Positions 27,972 through 37,242 of a stretch of 64,000 nucleotides of DNA are shown here, in pieces. Within the stretch, counting starts at the first letter, position 1. Every line of letters begins with the position of its first letter. The stretch covers positions 384,001 to 448,000 of the forward strand of contig OZ253462.1 in assembly GCA_965261395.1 (NCBI GenBank). The letters run 5' to 3'. The notes under the pieces were generated by a model. The model was given only the letters and a program-made list of their open reading frames with translations. It was not told where the DNA came from and made no database searches. The DNA comes from Candidatus Latescibacterota bacterium (GTDB lineage: Bacteria > Latescibacterota > UBA2968 > UBA8231). Made by a program: the position numbers and the translations under genes.

Positions 27972-29792
27972 TCATTCGGCTTCTAAACGCGCCGCTTTTT
28001 CCGCGTCCCACCACCAAGTGTCGGGAAAGCCCAGCCCATTGGGGGCCGGCTTTGGCATCCGTCCGAATTTGTTCCAGTACGCCAAGCGATAGGAGCGGCT
28101 GTGCGAGTCGGGGATTACGTAGTGGCTCCAGAGCAAGATGCGGTCGAGGGCGCGGGTTATCGCGACCTGCGTTGGACGATCGGGGGCGGCGATCTGGCGC
28201 TCGATCAGCCCGTCGATAACCAGGTCGGCGATGCCGACGTAATTGCGGCTGCCCGCAGATTGCGCCGCGGTACTCGACCAGAAGTTGCGCTGCTCATTGC
28301 CCGGGCTCAAGGTCTGACGCCACGAGGCGACGATAATGTCGAAGTCGAAGTCCTGGACGCGGTTTTGGTACTGGGCCGCGTCAACGGTGCGGATGGTCGC
28401 CTCAATGCCGAGGCGTTCGAGGTTTTGCACGAGGGGGCTGAGGACGCGCTCGTACGACGAGGACCCGAGCAAGAATTCAAAGCGCATTACCTCGCCAGTC
28501 TCAGCGCGAGTCAGCGCCCCATCGACGACGGTCCAGCCAGCTTCGGCGAGCAGGTTTTTAGCCGTGCGCAAGTTTTGCCGAAGCTGTCCCGAGCCGTTGG
28601 TAGCCGGCGGCACATAGGCAGTGGTAAACACCTCGTCGGGGATCCGCCCCCGGTATGCTTCCAGGATTTCCAACTCTCTGCCCGAGGGTAGCCCCGACGA
28701 CCCAAGGTCTGAGTTGCCCCAATAGCTGCGGCTACGGGTGAGGAGACCGTAGAACAAATTCTTGTTGGTCCATTCAAAGTCGTAGGCGTAGGCAAGGGCC
28801 TGCCGCACCTTGGGGTCTTTGAACTTGCCGCGCCGAGTGTTGAAGGCAAAGGCCGACATGCCGCGGATGAGCTGGTGCGGGATCTGCACCTTGATCATCC
28901 GTTCCTCGGCGATCGGCGCAAAGTCCTCGTAGTTAGTGGCCCATTCCTTGGAATTGCTCAACAGGCGATAGTCGTACCCCCCCGTCTTGAAGGCTTCGAT
29001 GGCCACGGTCTGGTCGCGGTAGTACTCGTAGCGGATGCGGTCGAAGTTGTGGCGGCCCTTGTGCACGGGCAGGTCGCGGCCCCAGTAGTCTGCGACGCGC
29101 TCGTAGGTAATTGAGCGGCCCGGCTCGAACTCGACGATCTTGTACGGCCCGCTACCCAAAGGCGGCTCGAGCGTGGTGGCGGCGAATTCGCGCCCTTGCC
29201 AATAGTGCTTGGGCAATACGCGCAACTGGCCAATGATCAGCGGCATTTCGCGGTTGGTGCCCTCTTTGAACTCGAACTTCACTTGGCGCTCGTCGAGGGC
29301 GAAGACGGTGTCAACGTCGGCGTAGAAGGTGCGAAAGAACGGGATGCCCTTGGTGGTGAGGATCTCAAAGCTGAAGATCACGTCGGCCGCGGTCACAGGG
29401 ACGCCATCGTGCCAGCGCGCTTCAGGGTGCAGCTCAAAGACGACCCAAGAGCGGTCCTCCGACATCTGCATCTGCGCGGCAAGCTGGCCGTATTCGGTGA
29501 ACGGCTCGTCCTTGGACTTGGTGCAGAGCCGGTTGTAGAGCATCAGCGAACCGGCCGCGGCGACGCCCTTGAGGGTGAAGGGATTGAGATTGTCGTAGGT
29601 GCCGATGGCGGCGAGGCGGATTTCGCCGCCTTTGGGGGCGCTGGGATTGACGTAGTCGAAGTGGGTGAAATCAGGTCCGTACTTGGGATCGCCGTAGAGC
29701 GTGAGGGCGTGGGCGCGGAGAATCGTGTCGTCGGCGGCATGGGCCACTGAGGCGAGGATAAAGCATAGAACTAGTGAGCGCATGGTCTGCAT
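27972..29792 (-). CDS. yejA: Second YejA-like solute-binding protein (tandem paralogue)
   Basis: Same motifs, collinear with 26065..27891. Confidence 0.9.
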   Translation of the reverse strand: MQTMRSLVLCFILASVAHAADDTILRAHALTLYGDPKYGPDFTHFDYVNPSAPKGGEIRLAAIGTYDNLNPFTLKGVAAAGSLMLYNRLCTKSKDEPFTEYGQLAAQMQMSEDRSWVVFELHPEARWHDGVPVTAADVIFSFEILTTKGIPFFRTFYADVDTVFALDERQVKFEFKEGTNREMPLIIGQLRVLPKHYWQGREFAATTLEPPLGSGPYKIVEFEPGRSITYERVADYWGRDLPVHKGRHNFDRIRYEYYRDQTVAIEAFKTGGYDYRLLSNSKEWATNYEDFAPIAEERMIKVQIPHQLIRGMSAFAFNTRRGKFKDPKVRQALAYAYDFEWTNKNLFYGLLTRSRSYWGNSDLGSSGLPSGRELEILEAYRGRIPDEVFTTAYVPPATNGSGQLRQNLRTAKNLLAEAGWTVVDGALTRAETGEVMRFEFLLGSSSYERVLSPLVQNLERLGIEATIRTVDAAQYQNRVQDFDFDIIVASWRQTLSPGNEQRNFWSSTAAQSAGSRNYVGIADLVIDGLIERQIAAPDRPTQVAITRALDRILLWSHYVIPDSHSRSYRLAYWNKFGRMPKPAPNGLGFPDTWWWDAEKAARLEAE

Positions 29793-29954
29793 CAGAATCG
29801 TCGTTTAGTGTGAGGGCGATAAAACGGAAAATTAGCGAGTGCATGGACTATAAAATTAACCTGAAAAGGCATTTACGGCCACCGACGCGGTTGGCCACAG
29901 CGCGGCTCTTTTCTATCTTGCCGACTTATAATCGCTACCCGAGGAGGACTGCCG

Positions 29955-30752
29955 ATGCTGACGCCCAAACAAAAAGAGCACTTTGACGTCTTTGGCTTTC
30001 TCTGCCTGCGCCAAGCGTTTTCCCCAGCCGAGATGGCCGAGATTACCCAGGCCGCCGACCAAGTGTGGCGCGAAGATCGGGGCGGCCTACCCGACGACGG
30101 CCAGCACCAGGGCCTTGCGCCTTTTGCCGAGCGCAACCCCCGGCTTTTGGACCTAGCCGAGGACGACCGCGTTTTCGAGGTAGTCGCCGACCTCTTAGGA
30201 GACGATTTCTTGTGGTCGGGATCGGAGGGCAACAAGGAGGGGCATACCGAGAAGGGGGAGCACAACTGGCACGCGGATCGGCCAGGGGCCGCAGAGACCG
30301 AGTATCGGCGGCTCAAGGTGATGATTTACCTGACGCCCACCACCAAAGAGCAGGGCGCGCTGCGGGTGATCCCCGGTTCGCACCGCATGCCCTTCCACGA
30401 GTGGTTGTGGCCCTTACAGGCCCACCACTTCAAGGACGGCACGATCGGCGACAGCTTCGGGGCCAAAGGCGAGGACATCCCTTTCTGCGCGCTGGAAATA
30501 ATGCCCGGCGACGTGGTCTTTTTCCACCACAGCCTCTTTCACGCGGCCTACGGCAAGTTCCCCGAGCGGCGCTACGTTGCCTTCAAGTTCGTCACCCGGC
30601 CCGACACCGAGGCCAAGCTGCGGTCCATGCAGCACTACGCAGCCGGGGCCTTCGACGTCGATCCGGCGCTCTTAGCAAGGCCCCGACTGCGCTCCATTGC
30701 AGAGGATTTGATCGCATTGGGGCAGCAGGCGAAGGCTTTAACAGGTCGATAG
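29955..30752 (+). CDS. Phytanoyl-CoA dioxygenase (PhyH) family protein
   Basis: WHAD, GALRVIPGSH, PGDVVFF, LFHA; RBS GAGGAGG. Confidence 0.9.
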   Translation: MLTPKQKEHFDVFGFLCLRQAFSPAEMAEITQAADQVWREDRGGLPDDGQHQGLAPFAERNPRLLDLAEDDRVFEVVADLLGDDFLWSGSEGNKEGHTEKGEHNWHADRPGAAETEYRRLKVMIYLTPTTKEQGALRVIPGSHRMPFHEWLWPLQAHHFKDGTIGDSFGAKGEDIPFCALEIMPGDVVFFHHSLFHAAYGKFPERRYVAFKFVTRPDTEAKLRSMQHYAAGAFDVDPALLARPRLRSIAEDLIALGQQAKALTGR

Positions 30753-30766
30753 AGGCATCTTAGGCG

Positions 30767-30795
30767 TTGACAGGGTTCTCCCGTTCCGCTAGCTT
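30767..30795 (+). promoter_or_regulatory. Sigma70-type promoter upstream of DNA methyltransferase
   Basis: TTGACA-17 bp-TAGCTT. Confidence 0.55.
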
Positions 30796-30905
30796 CAAAA
30801 TTTATCCTTTAAGTCTGTCCACTGCCGACGCAACCCAATGTGGCTCAGTCAATTAGGACACTGGGGAAATTGGCCTGCCCAACAAAGTGAAGTGAGAAAA
30901 AGCAC

Positions 30906-31664
30906 ATGGACGCGAGTCAGTCAGAGCTTGACTTTGGCATGAGCGAAGGCAGGACGCCATCTGGCCGGAAAAGCCCAGATGGAAACGCCACGACGAACCT
31001 AGTTTTCTCCGCTCATACCGGAAATAACGCGGATGTGTTCCCGGCTGTTTTAAGGCTGCACATCGAGGAAGGCTCCAAAATCGCCGATGTGACATTTGGC
31101 AAGGGCGTCTTCTGGCGCAACGTCGACACTTCAAAGTACGACTTACATCCCTCAGATATCGCGGACGGCACAGACTGTCGCAATCTCCCGTATGAAAGTG
31201 AGTCATTCGATGCGATCGTCCTCGACCCGCCCTATATGGAAGGGTTCTTTCGCAGTGGAAACGCGATCAAAGCAGGCGCGGGGACACATAATGCCTTTCG
31301 AGATCATTATTCCAACGGACATGAGGAACCAAGGCGCGGCGGCGGGAAGTGGCACGCTGCGGTTGTAGAACTTTATGAGGATAGCGGTCGTGAGGCCCAC
31401 CGAGTGCTGCGAGACCGAGGCGCATTGATCGTGAAGTGTCAAGATGAGGTCAGCGCGAACCGCCAGAACTTGACCCACGTTGAGATCATCAACGCCTACG
31501 CCGAGCTTGGATTCTTCTGCAAAGATCTGTTCGTTGTCGTTCGCTCAAACAAACCTGGAATAAGCCGCGTCCTCAAACAGGTCCACGCGAGAAAGAACCA
31601 CTCCTACTTTCTTGTATTTGTAAAAGTCCCCAAGGGAAAGACCGCGGATCAGATGCGCTTCTGA
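30906..31664 (+). CDS. Amino (N6-adenine or N4-cytosine) DNA methyltransferase, compact
   Basis: SAM-binding IADVTFGKG followed by catalytic IVLDPPY. Confidence 0.85.
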   Translation: MDASQSELDFGMSEGRTPSGRKSPDGNATTNLVFSAHTGNNADVFPAVLRLHIEEGSKIADVTFGKGVFWRNVDTSKYDLHPSDIADGTDCRNLPYESESFDAIVLDPPYMEGFFRSGNAIKAGAGTHNAFRDHYSNGHEEPRRGGGKWHAAVVELYEDSGREAHRVLRDRGALIVKCQDEVSANRQNLTHVEIINAYAELGFFCKDLFVVVRSNKPGISRVLKQVHARKNHSYFLVFVKVPKGKTADQMRF

Positions 31665-32242
31665 ATAATCTCATTCATAAGCGTGAAAGGCTCGTCGCTG
31701 AATGGCGGTCTCGGGGGCCAATGGACGGTTACAAGGGTCGCCAAAAGATGCTGGCGCTGATATGGAGTGTACTTCCGATAACTAGACGTCGGAATATCTG
31801 AGTTCTTGGCGAAGACAAACCGCCACTTCTCTTCAAAAGCAAATACGTTGACGGCGAGAATATCGAACTCCCCCTTTAGCAGACACGTTGTCGTCACGCG
31901 GCTATTGTCTGGAAGCACTATCTCCCGGCGATCACTCGCATCGACTTGAGCCTTGCCTATCCATCCTTCTTCGGTCTTCTCGATCATCGCGCTTTGTAGC
32001 GATTTCGATTCAAAGATGAACTCCTGCCCCTTGTACCGGATGACTCGGTCGCCTTTCTTCTTTCTATCGTGGTCATCGTGCTTGATAACCTCTGAAACGT
32101 TGTCACCCGACAGCCAGAGTTTTTCGAGCTTGAGTTCCGCCAAGTAACCCAGAATCATGCCGCGGAGACTCGGATTATCCTCTACTAGCTCCGTTAGCTC
32201 TTCTGGGGTCATATCCCATCTGTCGAGAATCGTTTCGGGCAT
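31649..32242 (-). CDS. Putative type II restriction endonuclease (PD-(D/E)xK)
   Basis: KKGD...FIFESKS motif; convergent with and overlapping the MTase; lower GC than flanks. Confidence 0.7.
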   Translation of the reverse strand: MPETILDRWDMTPEELTELVEDNPSLRGMILGYLAELKLEKLWLSGDNVSEVIKHDDHDRKKKGDRVIRYKGQEFIFESKSLQSAMIEKTEEGWIGKAQVDASDRREIVLPDNSRVTTTCLLKGEFDILAVNVFAFEEKWRFVFAKNSDIPTSSYRKYTPYQRQHLLATLVTVHWPPRPPFSDEPFTLMNEIIQKRI

Positions 32243-32331
32243 ATTATCGCCTTCTTAAGCCTTATATGCAGTAGCTAAATTATGAGCTTACGGAGAATTT
32301 GTGCCCCCAAGGCAACCCAAAATTACATTCC

Positions 32332-33414
32332 CTAGACCGACGGCAATTGCGGCACCACTTGGTTGGCGAGCAGATCCATCGAGCGCTCCCACAGCGGCCG
32401 GTCGTCCCAGTCGTGGGCGATCATCAGCAGCGTGTCGAAACCCCCAGTCGTCTCCCACAAGCCCGCTAGCTGATCTACGCACGACTGCACGTCGCCTATT
32501 ATGCACAGGTTGCGGATCAGATACTCGGGCGTGACCTGCTCGTCGGGGATCTCCGGGTCGTGCTTCGTAATGTGGAGCATCTTGGCACCGCTGAGTACGG
32601 CGATCAGATATTCAAAGGCGCGGCTGAAAGCACTCTTCTCGTCGAGGGCGTAGTCCCAAGCGCGCGCTGCTTCATCGGCGACGAGGATACTGCGCGAGAT
32701 GCGCCAGCGAGTGCGCTCGGGCGCGGGCAGACCAGCCCCGGTAGCCCCGGCGCTGTAGGTCTGCCAGTGCTGGGTCAAGGTCGAATCAGCGACGAGGTTG
32801 GTGCTAATGGGCAGATAGCCCCGCTGGCCGGCCATGGTCGCGGCCATGGAATCGCCTCTGATTACGCTCATGCCAATGGGCGGGTGCGGCTGCTGGTAGG
32901 GCTTGAGCAGTTCGCCGATGCCGAGTTCGGGTTGCGGCTCCTCAATTTTGATGCGGTAGAAATCCCCCGCAAAATCAAAGGGGGCCTCTGCCTGCCAGAG
33001 CTTGAGGACCATGTCGATGCTCTCGACAGTCATCAGCCCTTGCGTCTTGGGATCGGGCAGGTCAAAAAGGCCCCAGTCGGTAGCGACGCCGCCTTGGCCG
33101 AAACCGCAGTTGAAGCGGCCCTTGGACAGGTGGTCGAGAAAGGCCAAGCGCACTGCGACATTGACCGGGTGGTGCTGCGGCATGATGGAGACGCCCGTGC
33201 CCAAGCGGATGTTTTGCGTCAGGGGCAGGACGTGGGCGATGAAGAGGTCGTTGGACGGGATCGGCTCCCAAGCGACGGTGTGGTGCTGGCCGATCCAAGC
33301 CTCGGTGAAGCCGAGCTGATCGGCGCGGACGACAAACTCGACGTCTTCGGCAAAGCATTCGGTGCGGTCTTTTTCCGGGGGATGCAAGGGCATCATAAAG
33401 GTGCCGAGTTTCAT
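32332..33414 (-). CDS. LLM class flavin-dependent oxidoreductase
   Basis: GFTEAWIGQHH, IRLGTGV, LDHLSKGR, PYQQPHPPI. Confidence 0.92.
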   Translation of the reverse strand: MKLGTFMMPLHPPEKDRTECFAEDVEFVVRADQLGFTEAWIGQHHTVAWEPIPSNDLFIAHVLPLTQNIRLGTGVSIMPQHHPVNVAVRLAFLDHLSKGRFNCGFGQGGVATDWGLFDLPDPKTQGLMTVESIDMVLKLWQAEAPFDFAGDFYRIKIEEPQPELGIGELLKPYQQPHPPIGMSVIRGDSMAATMAGQRGYLPISTNLVADSTLTQHWQTYSAGATGAGLPAPERTRWRISRSILVADEAARAWDYALDEKSAFSRAFEYLIAVLSGAKMLHITKHDPEIPDEQVTPEYLIRNLCIIGDVQSCVDQLAGLWETTGGFDTLLMIAHDWDDRPLWERSMDLLANQVVPQLPSV

Positions 33415-33458
33415 GGGAATCCTCCTCTATGGGGAACGTAGATGCACGGCGCTCTGGT

Positions 33459-34793
33459 TCAGTATCCCAACTCCCGCTCCATTTCTCCGACCACCTCCGC
33501 GATTACCTGCGCGACTTCCTCGACCTGTTCTTCACTAATGGTAAAAGGCGGGCTGATGGCAATGTGGTCGCCGGCGACGCCGTCGATCAACCCAGGCGAC
33601 CCAGGCATGATGAGCACGCCCTTGGCAAAGGCGCGGTTGACGACCGCGGCAGACACGCCCTGAGCGGGGTCGAAGGGCGTGTGGGTCGCCTTTGCCTTTG
33701 CAAACTCCACGCCAGTGAGCAGGCCCTTGCCGCGCACCGCGCTGACTATGGGTGAGTCCATCAAGGGCTGCATCTTCTCCAGCATCAGGTCGCCCATCTG
33801 CGCGGAGCGAGCGACTAGGTCGTGGTCCTCGATGTAGTTCTGCACGGCGAAGGCGACGGCACAGGAGAGCGGATTGCCACCATAGGTGTGGCCGTGGACG
33901 TAGTGGTTTTGCTCTTTGTAGATCCCGTCGTAGATCTCGTCGCGGACCAGGGTCGCGGCAATGGGGGTGTACCCGCTGCTGAGGCCCTTGCCGGTGGCCA
34001 AGATGTCTGGGATGGCGTCCCAGTGCTCAATGCCGAAATTGAGGCCCGTGCGTCCGTAGGCGGTGACCACTTCGTCGATGATCATCAAGATGTTATAGCG
34101 GTCGCAGATCGCGCGGATCGTGGGGAAGTAGTCGGGCGGCGGCATCAGCCCGCAGCAAGAAGTGCCCGAGATCGGCTCGGCGATGAAAGCGGAGATGTAT
34201 TCGCTGCCCTCCTGTTTGATGACCCGCTCCAGCTCTTCGGCGCAGGCCAGCGTACAAGCGGGTCGATCCTGGCAGTACGGGCAGTGAGCCGGGCGGGGGA
34301 AGGTGATGTGCGGGAAGTCGAGTAGGTAGGGCACGTAGTCTTCGCGCCAAGTGGAACGGCCCGACATCGAAAGCGCGCCGATGGTGTTGCCGTGCCAGCT
34401 CTGCCAGCGGGTGATGACTTTGTACTTTTTGGGATTACCGGTTTCGACGTGGTACTTGCGGGCGATCTTGAGCGCGGCCTCCGTGGCTTCGGACCCGCCG
34501 GAGACGAAGAAGACGCGGTTGAGATCGCCGGGGGCCATGGCGGCAAGTTTGTCGGCGAGATCGATTTGCGGCTGGGTGAGGAAGCGGGCGTAGGTAAAGC
34601 AGACCTTGTTCGCCTGCTCCTGCATGACCGCAGCTATCTCCGGGACGCCGTGGCCGATGGAGACCACGTGGACGCCGGCGCAGGCATCGAGGTAGGCGCG
34701 GCCGTCCTCGGCGTAGAGATAGCAGTCTTTGCCGTGGGAAATCTGCGGCCAGTTGTCGGTAATGACGCGGTGAAAAATGCGGTCGGTAGTCAT
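33459..34793 (-). CDS. Class III PLP-dependent aminotransferase
   Basis: GGSEATE, SWHGNT, FIAEP, IDEVVTAYGRTG, GKGLSSGY, HGHTYGGNP. Confidence 0.92.
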   Translation of the reverse strand: MTTDRIFHRVITDNWPQISHGKDCYLYAEDGRAYLDACAGVHVVSIGHGVPEIAAVMQEQANKVCFTYARFLTQPQIDLADKLAAMAPGDLNRVFFVSGGSEATEAALKIARKYHVETGNPKKYKVITRWQSWHGNTIGALSMSGRSTWREDYVPYLLDFPHITFPRPAHCPYCQDRPACTLACAEELERVIKQEGSEYISAFIAEPISGTSCCGLMPPPDYFPTIRAICDRYNILMIIDEVVTAYGRTGLNFGIEHWDAIPDILATGKGLSSGYTPIAATLVRDEIYDGIYKEQNHYVHGHTYGGNPLSCAVAFAVQNYIEDHDLVARSAQMGDLMLEKMQPLMDSPIVSAVRGKGLLTGVEFAKAKATHTPFDPAQGVSAAVVNRAFAKGVLIMPGSPGLIDGVAGDHIAISPPFTISEEQVEEVAQVIAEVVGEMERELGY

Positions 34794-34880
34794 GGAGCTG
34801 TCCTTTGTATGTAGTAATGGCAAGGCACTCAAGATACAAAGTCCCAAGATGCCAGCATAGGGCGCGGCCGATTTTGGCGC

Positions 34881-34925
34881 GTTGCAAGGGTGCAACTCGC
34901 TCAATATCTCGATATGTTTCTCTAC
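34881..34925. promoter_or_regulatory. Palindromic operator-like element upstream of TBDR 1 (copy 1)
   Basis: GTTGCA-AGGG-TGCAAC perfect inverted repeat; related sequence recurs at 37178-37214. Confidence 0.5.
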
Positions 34926-34982
34926 AAGCTCGCATTTATGGGATAACCCCTGTGGTCGTCTTTCGTTTGGATAGGCACAAAG

Positions 34983-37148
34983 GTGAGATTGCAAAAAAAA
35001 TGTAGGCGGGTGCTGGCGGCGTGGCTGCTACTGGCGGGGTCAGCACAGGCGGCGACCCTGAGCGGCTTTGTCACCGATGCTGACAACGGCGAAGCCCTGA
35101 GCCGCGCAGCTATCGCGGTGGAGGGGCTTCCGCTCGGGGCGGTCAGCAATCACAGCGGCTACTACGCGGTCAAACAAGTACCGGCTGGTACGCACGTGGT
35201 AAGCGCGTCGCATGCAGGCTACCAGACCCGGTGGGACACGCTGCGCTTTGGCGCGGACGAGGCCGTGCGGCTCAATTTGGCGCTAGTGTCCAAGCCGGCG
35301 GGCCTGGGCGAGCAGGTCTCGGTGGAAGCCGAACGCATCAGCCTCCGCGCCAAGCCGGTGCAGCAGTTGCCCGCCCTTGGCGAGGCCGATCTCTTGCGCA
35401 GCTTACAGCTACTGCCGGGCATCCAAGCGGTCTCGGATATCAGCAGCGGCTTGTACGTGCGCGGCGGCGGCCCCGATCAGGCGGCTATCCTCCTCGACGA
35501 CATTCCGCTGTACAATCCTTCCCACCTCTTCGGCCTCTTCTCGACCTTTAATCCAGACGCCATCAAGGAAGTCAATCTGTACAAGGGAGCCTATCCCGCT
35601 CCGTATGGCCGCACGCTCGGGGCAGTGCTCGACGTGAGCAACCGCGAGGGCAACCGACAGCGAACTAGCGGGCGTGGCGGCGTGAGTCTAATTTCAGGCC
35701 GCCTGCTCACCGAGGGACCAGTCGGCCAAGGCTCGTGGATGCTGGCCGGCCGCCGCACCTACCTAGAACCCGTGCTCAGCGCCATCCGCTCGCGCGGAGT
35801 GGATATCCCCTTGAACTATTACTTCTACGACTTCAACGGCAAAGTCAACCAGCGGTGGGGCGACGACACCTTTACAGTGAGCACGTACTGGGGCCAAGAC
35901 AACCTGCGGCTTGACCTAGAAGACGACGAAGAGTCTTTCGTCAATCTGCGCTGGGGCAACCGCGCCCTGACTGCGCGCTGGACGCGGGTGTTCTCGCCGG
36001 CCCTATTCGGGCACTTCATGGCCACCGGCTCGTCGTACGAAAGCATCATCGCGCTCCGTTTCCTCGACGCGCCCGTCCGCATCGCCAACAGCATCCGCGA
36101 CCTGTCGCTCAAAGGCGACTTGGATTACTTCGCCAACCGCAACCACACCCTTTCTTTAGGCTTGTTGGCCACCCTATTTGAGTTTCACTTTGCCCGATCT
36201 TTCAACGAGCGGACTCAGCTCGACTTGCGCCAAGAGCCGGTGCTGTTGGAAGGCTACGTGCAGGACGAGTGGCGGCTCGGGCCGACCACGCGAGTGCAGC
36301 TAGGCGGACGAGGGACGTACTTCAGCGCAGGGCACCGCTGGCATTTCGCACCCCGGCTGTCCCTGAGCCACGCCCTCAGCGACAAAGTCCGGGTCAAAGC
36401 CGGCGGCGGGGTATATCGCCAACACCTGCAACTGATCACCACCGAAGGCTTTAGCGGCGGCGATTTCTGGGTGCCGCTCGACAGCACCGTCGAGCCGGGG
36501 CGATCCTATCAGGCTGTCACCGGCGTCGAGTGGATCCCTTCGCCGCGCTACCAGCTTTCCGTGGAGGCTTATTACACGGACCTTGCCAACCTAGTGACCG
36601 TGGATACCGAAGTGGATGATGACAACGAGGCCACGCACTCGGACGCGGTATTCAAAAGCGGCGGCACGGGCTGGGCGAAGGGGTTGGAGGTCTTTTTGCA
36701 GCGGCGCACCGGCGCACTCACCGGGTGGATCGGCTACGCGCTCGGTTGGACGCGGCGGACGTTTCCCGAACTCAATGATGGCCGTCCCTTTCCCCCCAAA
36801 CACGACCGCCGCCACGACCTGTCTTTTGTCGCTTCCTACAAGGTGGGCGCATGGCGGCTCGGCGCGAGCTTGGCGTACGCCAGTGGTCAGGCGTTTACAC
36901 CGGTCTCCGAGACCCCTGCCCAGCGCAACAGCGCCCGCCTGCTGCCCTACCACCGCCTCGATGTCAGCGCTAGCCGATCGTTCGGATTGTGGGGAGCCGC
37001 CAGCGAGTTCTACGTGCAGATATTCAATGTGTACAGCCGCCGCAACGAGTGGTTTTTGCAGCTTGATTCAGTCGATCCCGAAGTCGACCCGCGCAAGATC
37101 AAACAATTGCCCATAATTCCCACGCTGGGCTTCAACTTCAATTTTTAG
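34983..37148 (+). CDS. TonB-dependent receptor (carboxypeptidase-regulatory-like N-domain, plug, barrel), paralogue 1
   Basis: LSGFVTDAD, LQLLPGI, VRGGGPDQ, YKGAYPAxYG, terminal Phe (GFNFNF). Confidence 0.92.
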   Translation: MRLQKKCRRVLAAWLLLAGSAQAATLSGFVTDADNGEALSRAAIAVEGLPLGAVSNHSGYYAVKQVPAGTHVVSASHAGYQTRWDTLRFGADEAVRLNLALVSKPAGLGEQVSVEAERISLRAKPVQQLPALGEADLLRSLQLLPGIQAVSDISSGLYVRGGGPDQAAILLDDIPLYNPSHLFGLFSTFNPDAIKEVNLYKGAYPAPYGRTLGAVLDVSNREGNRQRTSGRGGVSLISGRLLTEGPVGQGSWMLAGRRTYLEPVLSAIRSRGVDIPLNYYFYDFNGKVNQRWGDDTFTVSTYWGQDNLRLDLEDDEESFVNLRWGNRALTARWTRVFSPALFGHFMATGSSYESIIALRFLDAPVRIANSIRDLSLKGDLDYFANRNHTLSLGLLATLFEFHFARSFNERTQLDLRQEPVLLEGYVQDEWRLGPTTRVQLGGRGTYFSAGHRWHFAPRLSLSHALSDKVRVKAGGGVYRQHLQLITTEGFSGGDFWVPLDSTVEPGRSYQAVTGVEWIPSPRYQLSVEAYYTDLANLVTVDTEVDDDNEATHSDAVFKSGGTGWAKGLEVFLQRRTGALTGWIGYALGWTRRTFPELNDGRPFPPKHDRRHDLSFVASYKVGAWRLGASLAYASGQAFTPVSETPAQRNSARLLPYHRLDVSASRSFGLWGAASEFYVQIFNVYSRRNEWFLQLDSVDPEVDPRKIKQLPIIPTLGFNFNF

Positions 37149-37177
37149 CATCGAGATCGGCGTCTATTCGGGCCGTT

Positions 37178-37214
37178 TTGCAAGGGTACAACTCCCTCAA
37201 TATGTTTTTCTACA
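37178..37214. promoter_or_regulatory. Operator-like element upstream of TBDR 2 (copy 2)
   Basis: TTGCAAGGGTACAACTCCCTCAATATGTTTTTCTACA, similar to 34882-34925. Confidence 0.5.
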
Positions 37215-37242
37215 TCCCGATTCCAAGCAGATTTGAGCAATT

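Noticed and set aside
30906-31664. This MTase as the cause of the CCWGG scar
   Set aside because: DPPY amino-methyltransferase without the PC motif of C5 enzymes, and apparently a recent arrival
30830-32320. 9-bp GCAACCCAA on both sides of the R-M pair as a target-site duplication
   Set aside because: Too short to exclude chance, and the left copy lies between the MTase promoter and gene
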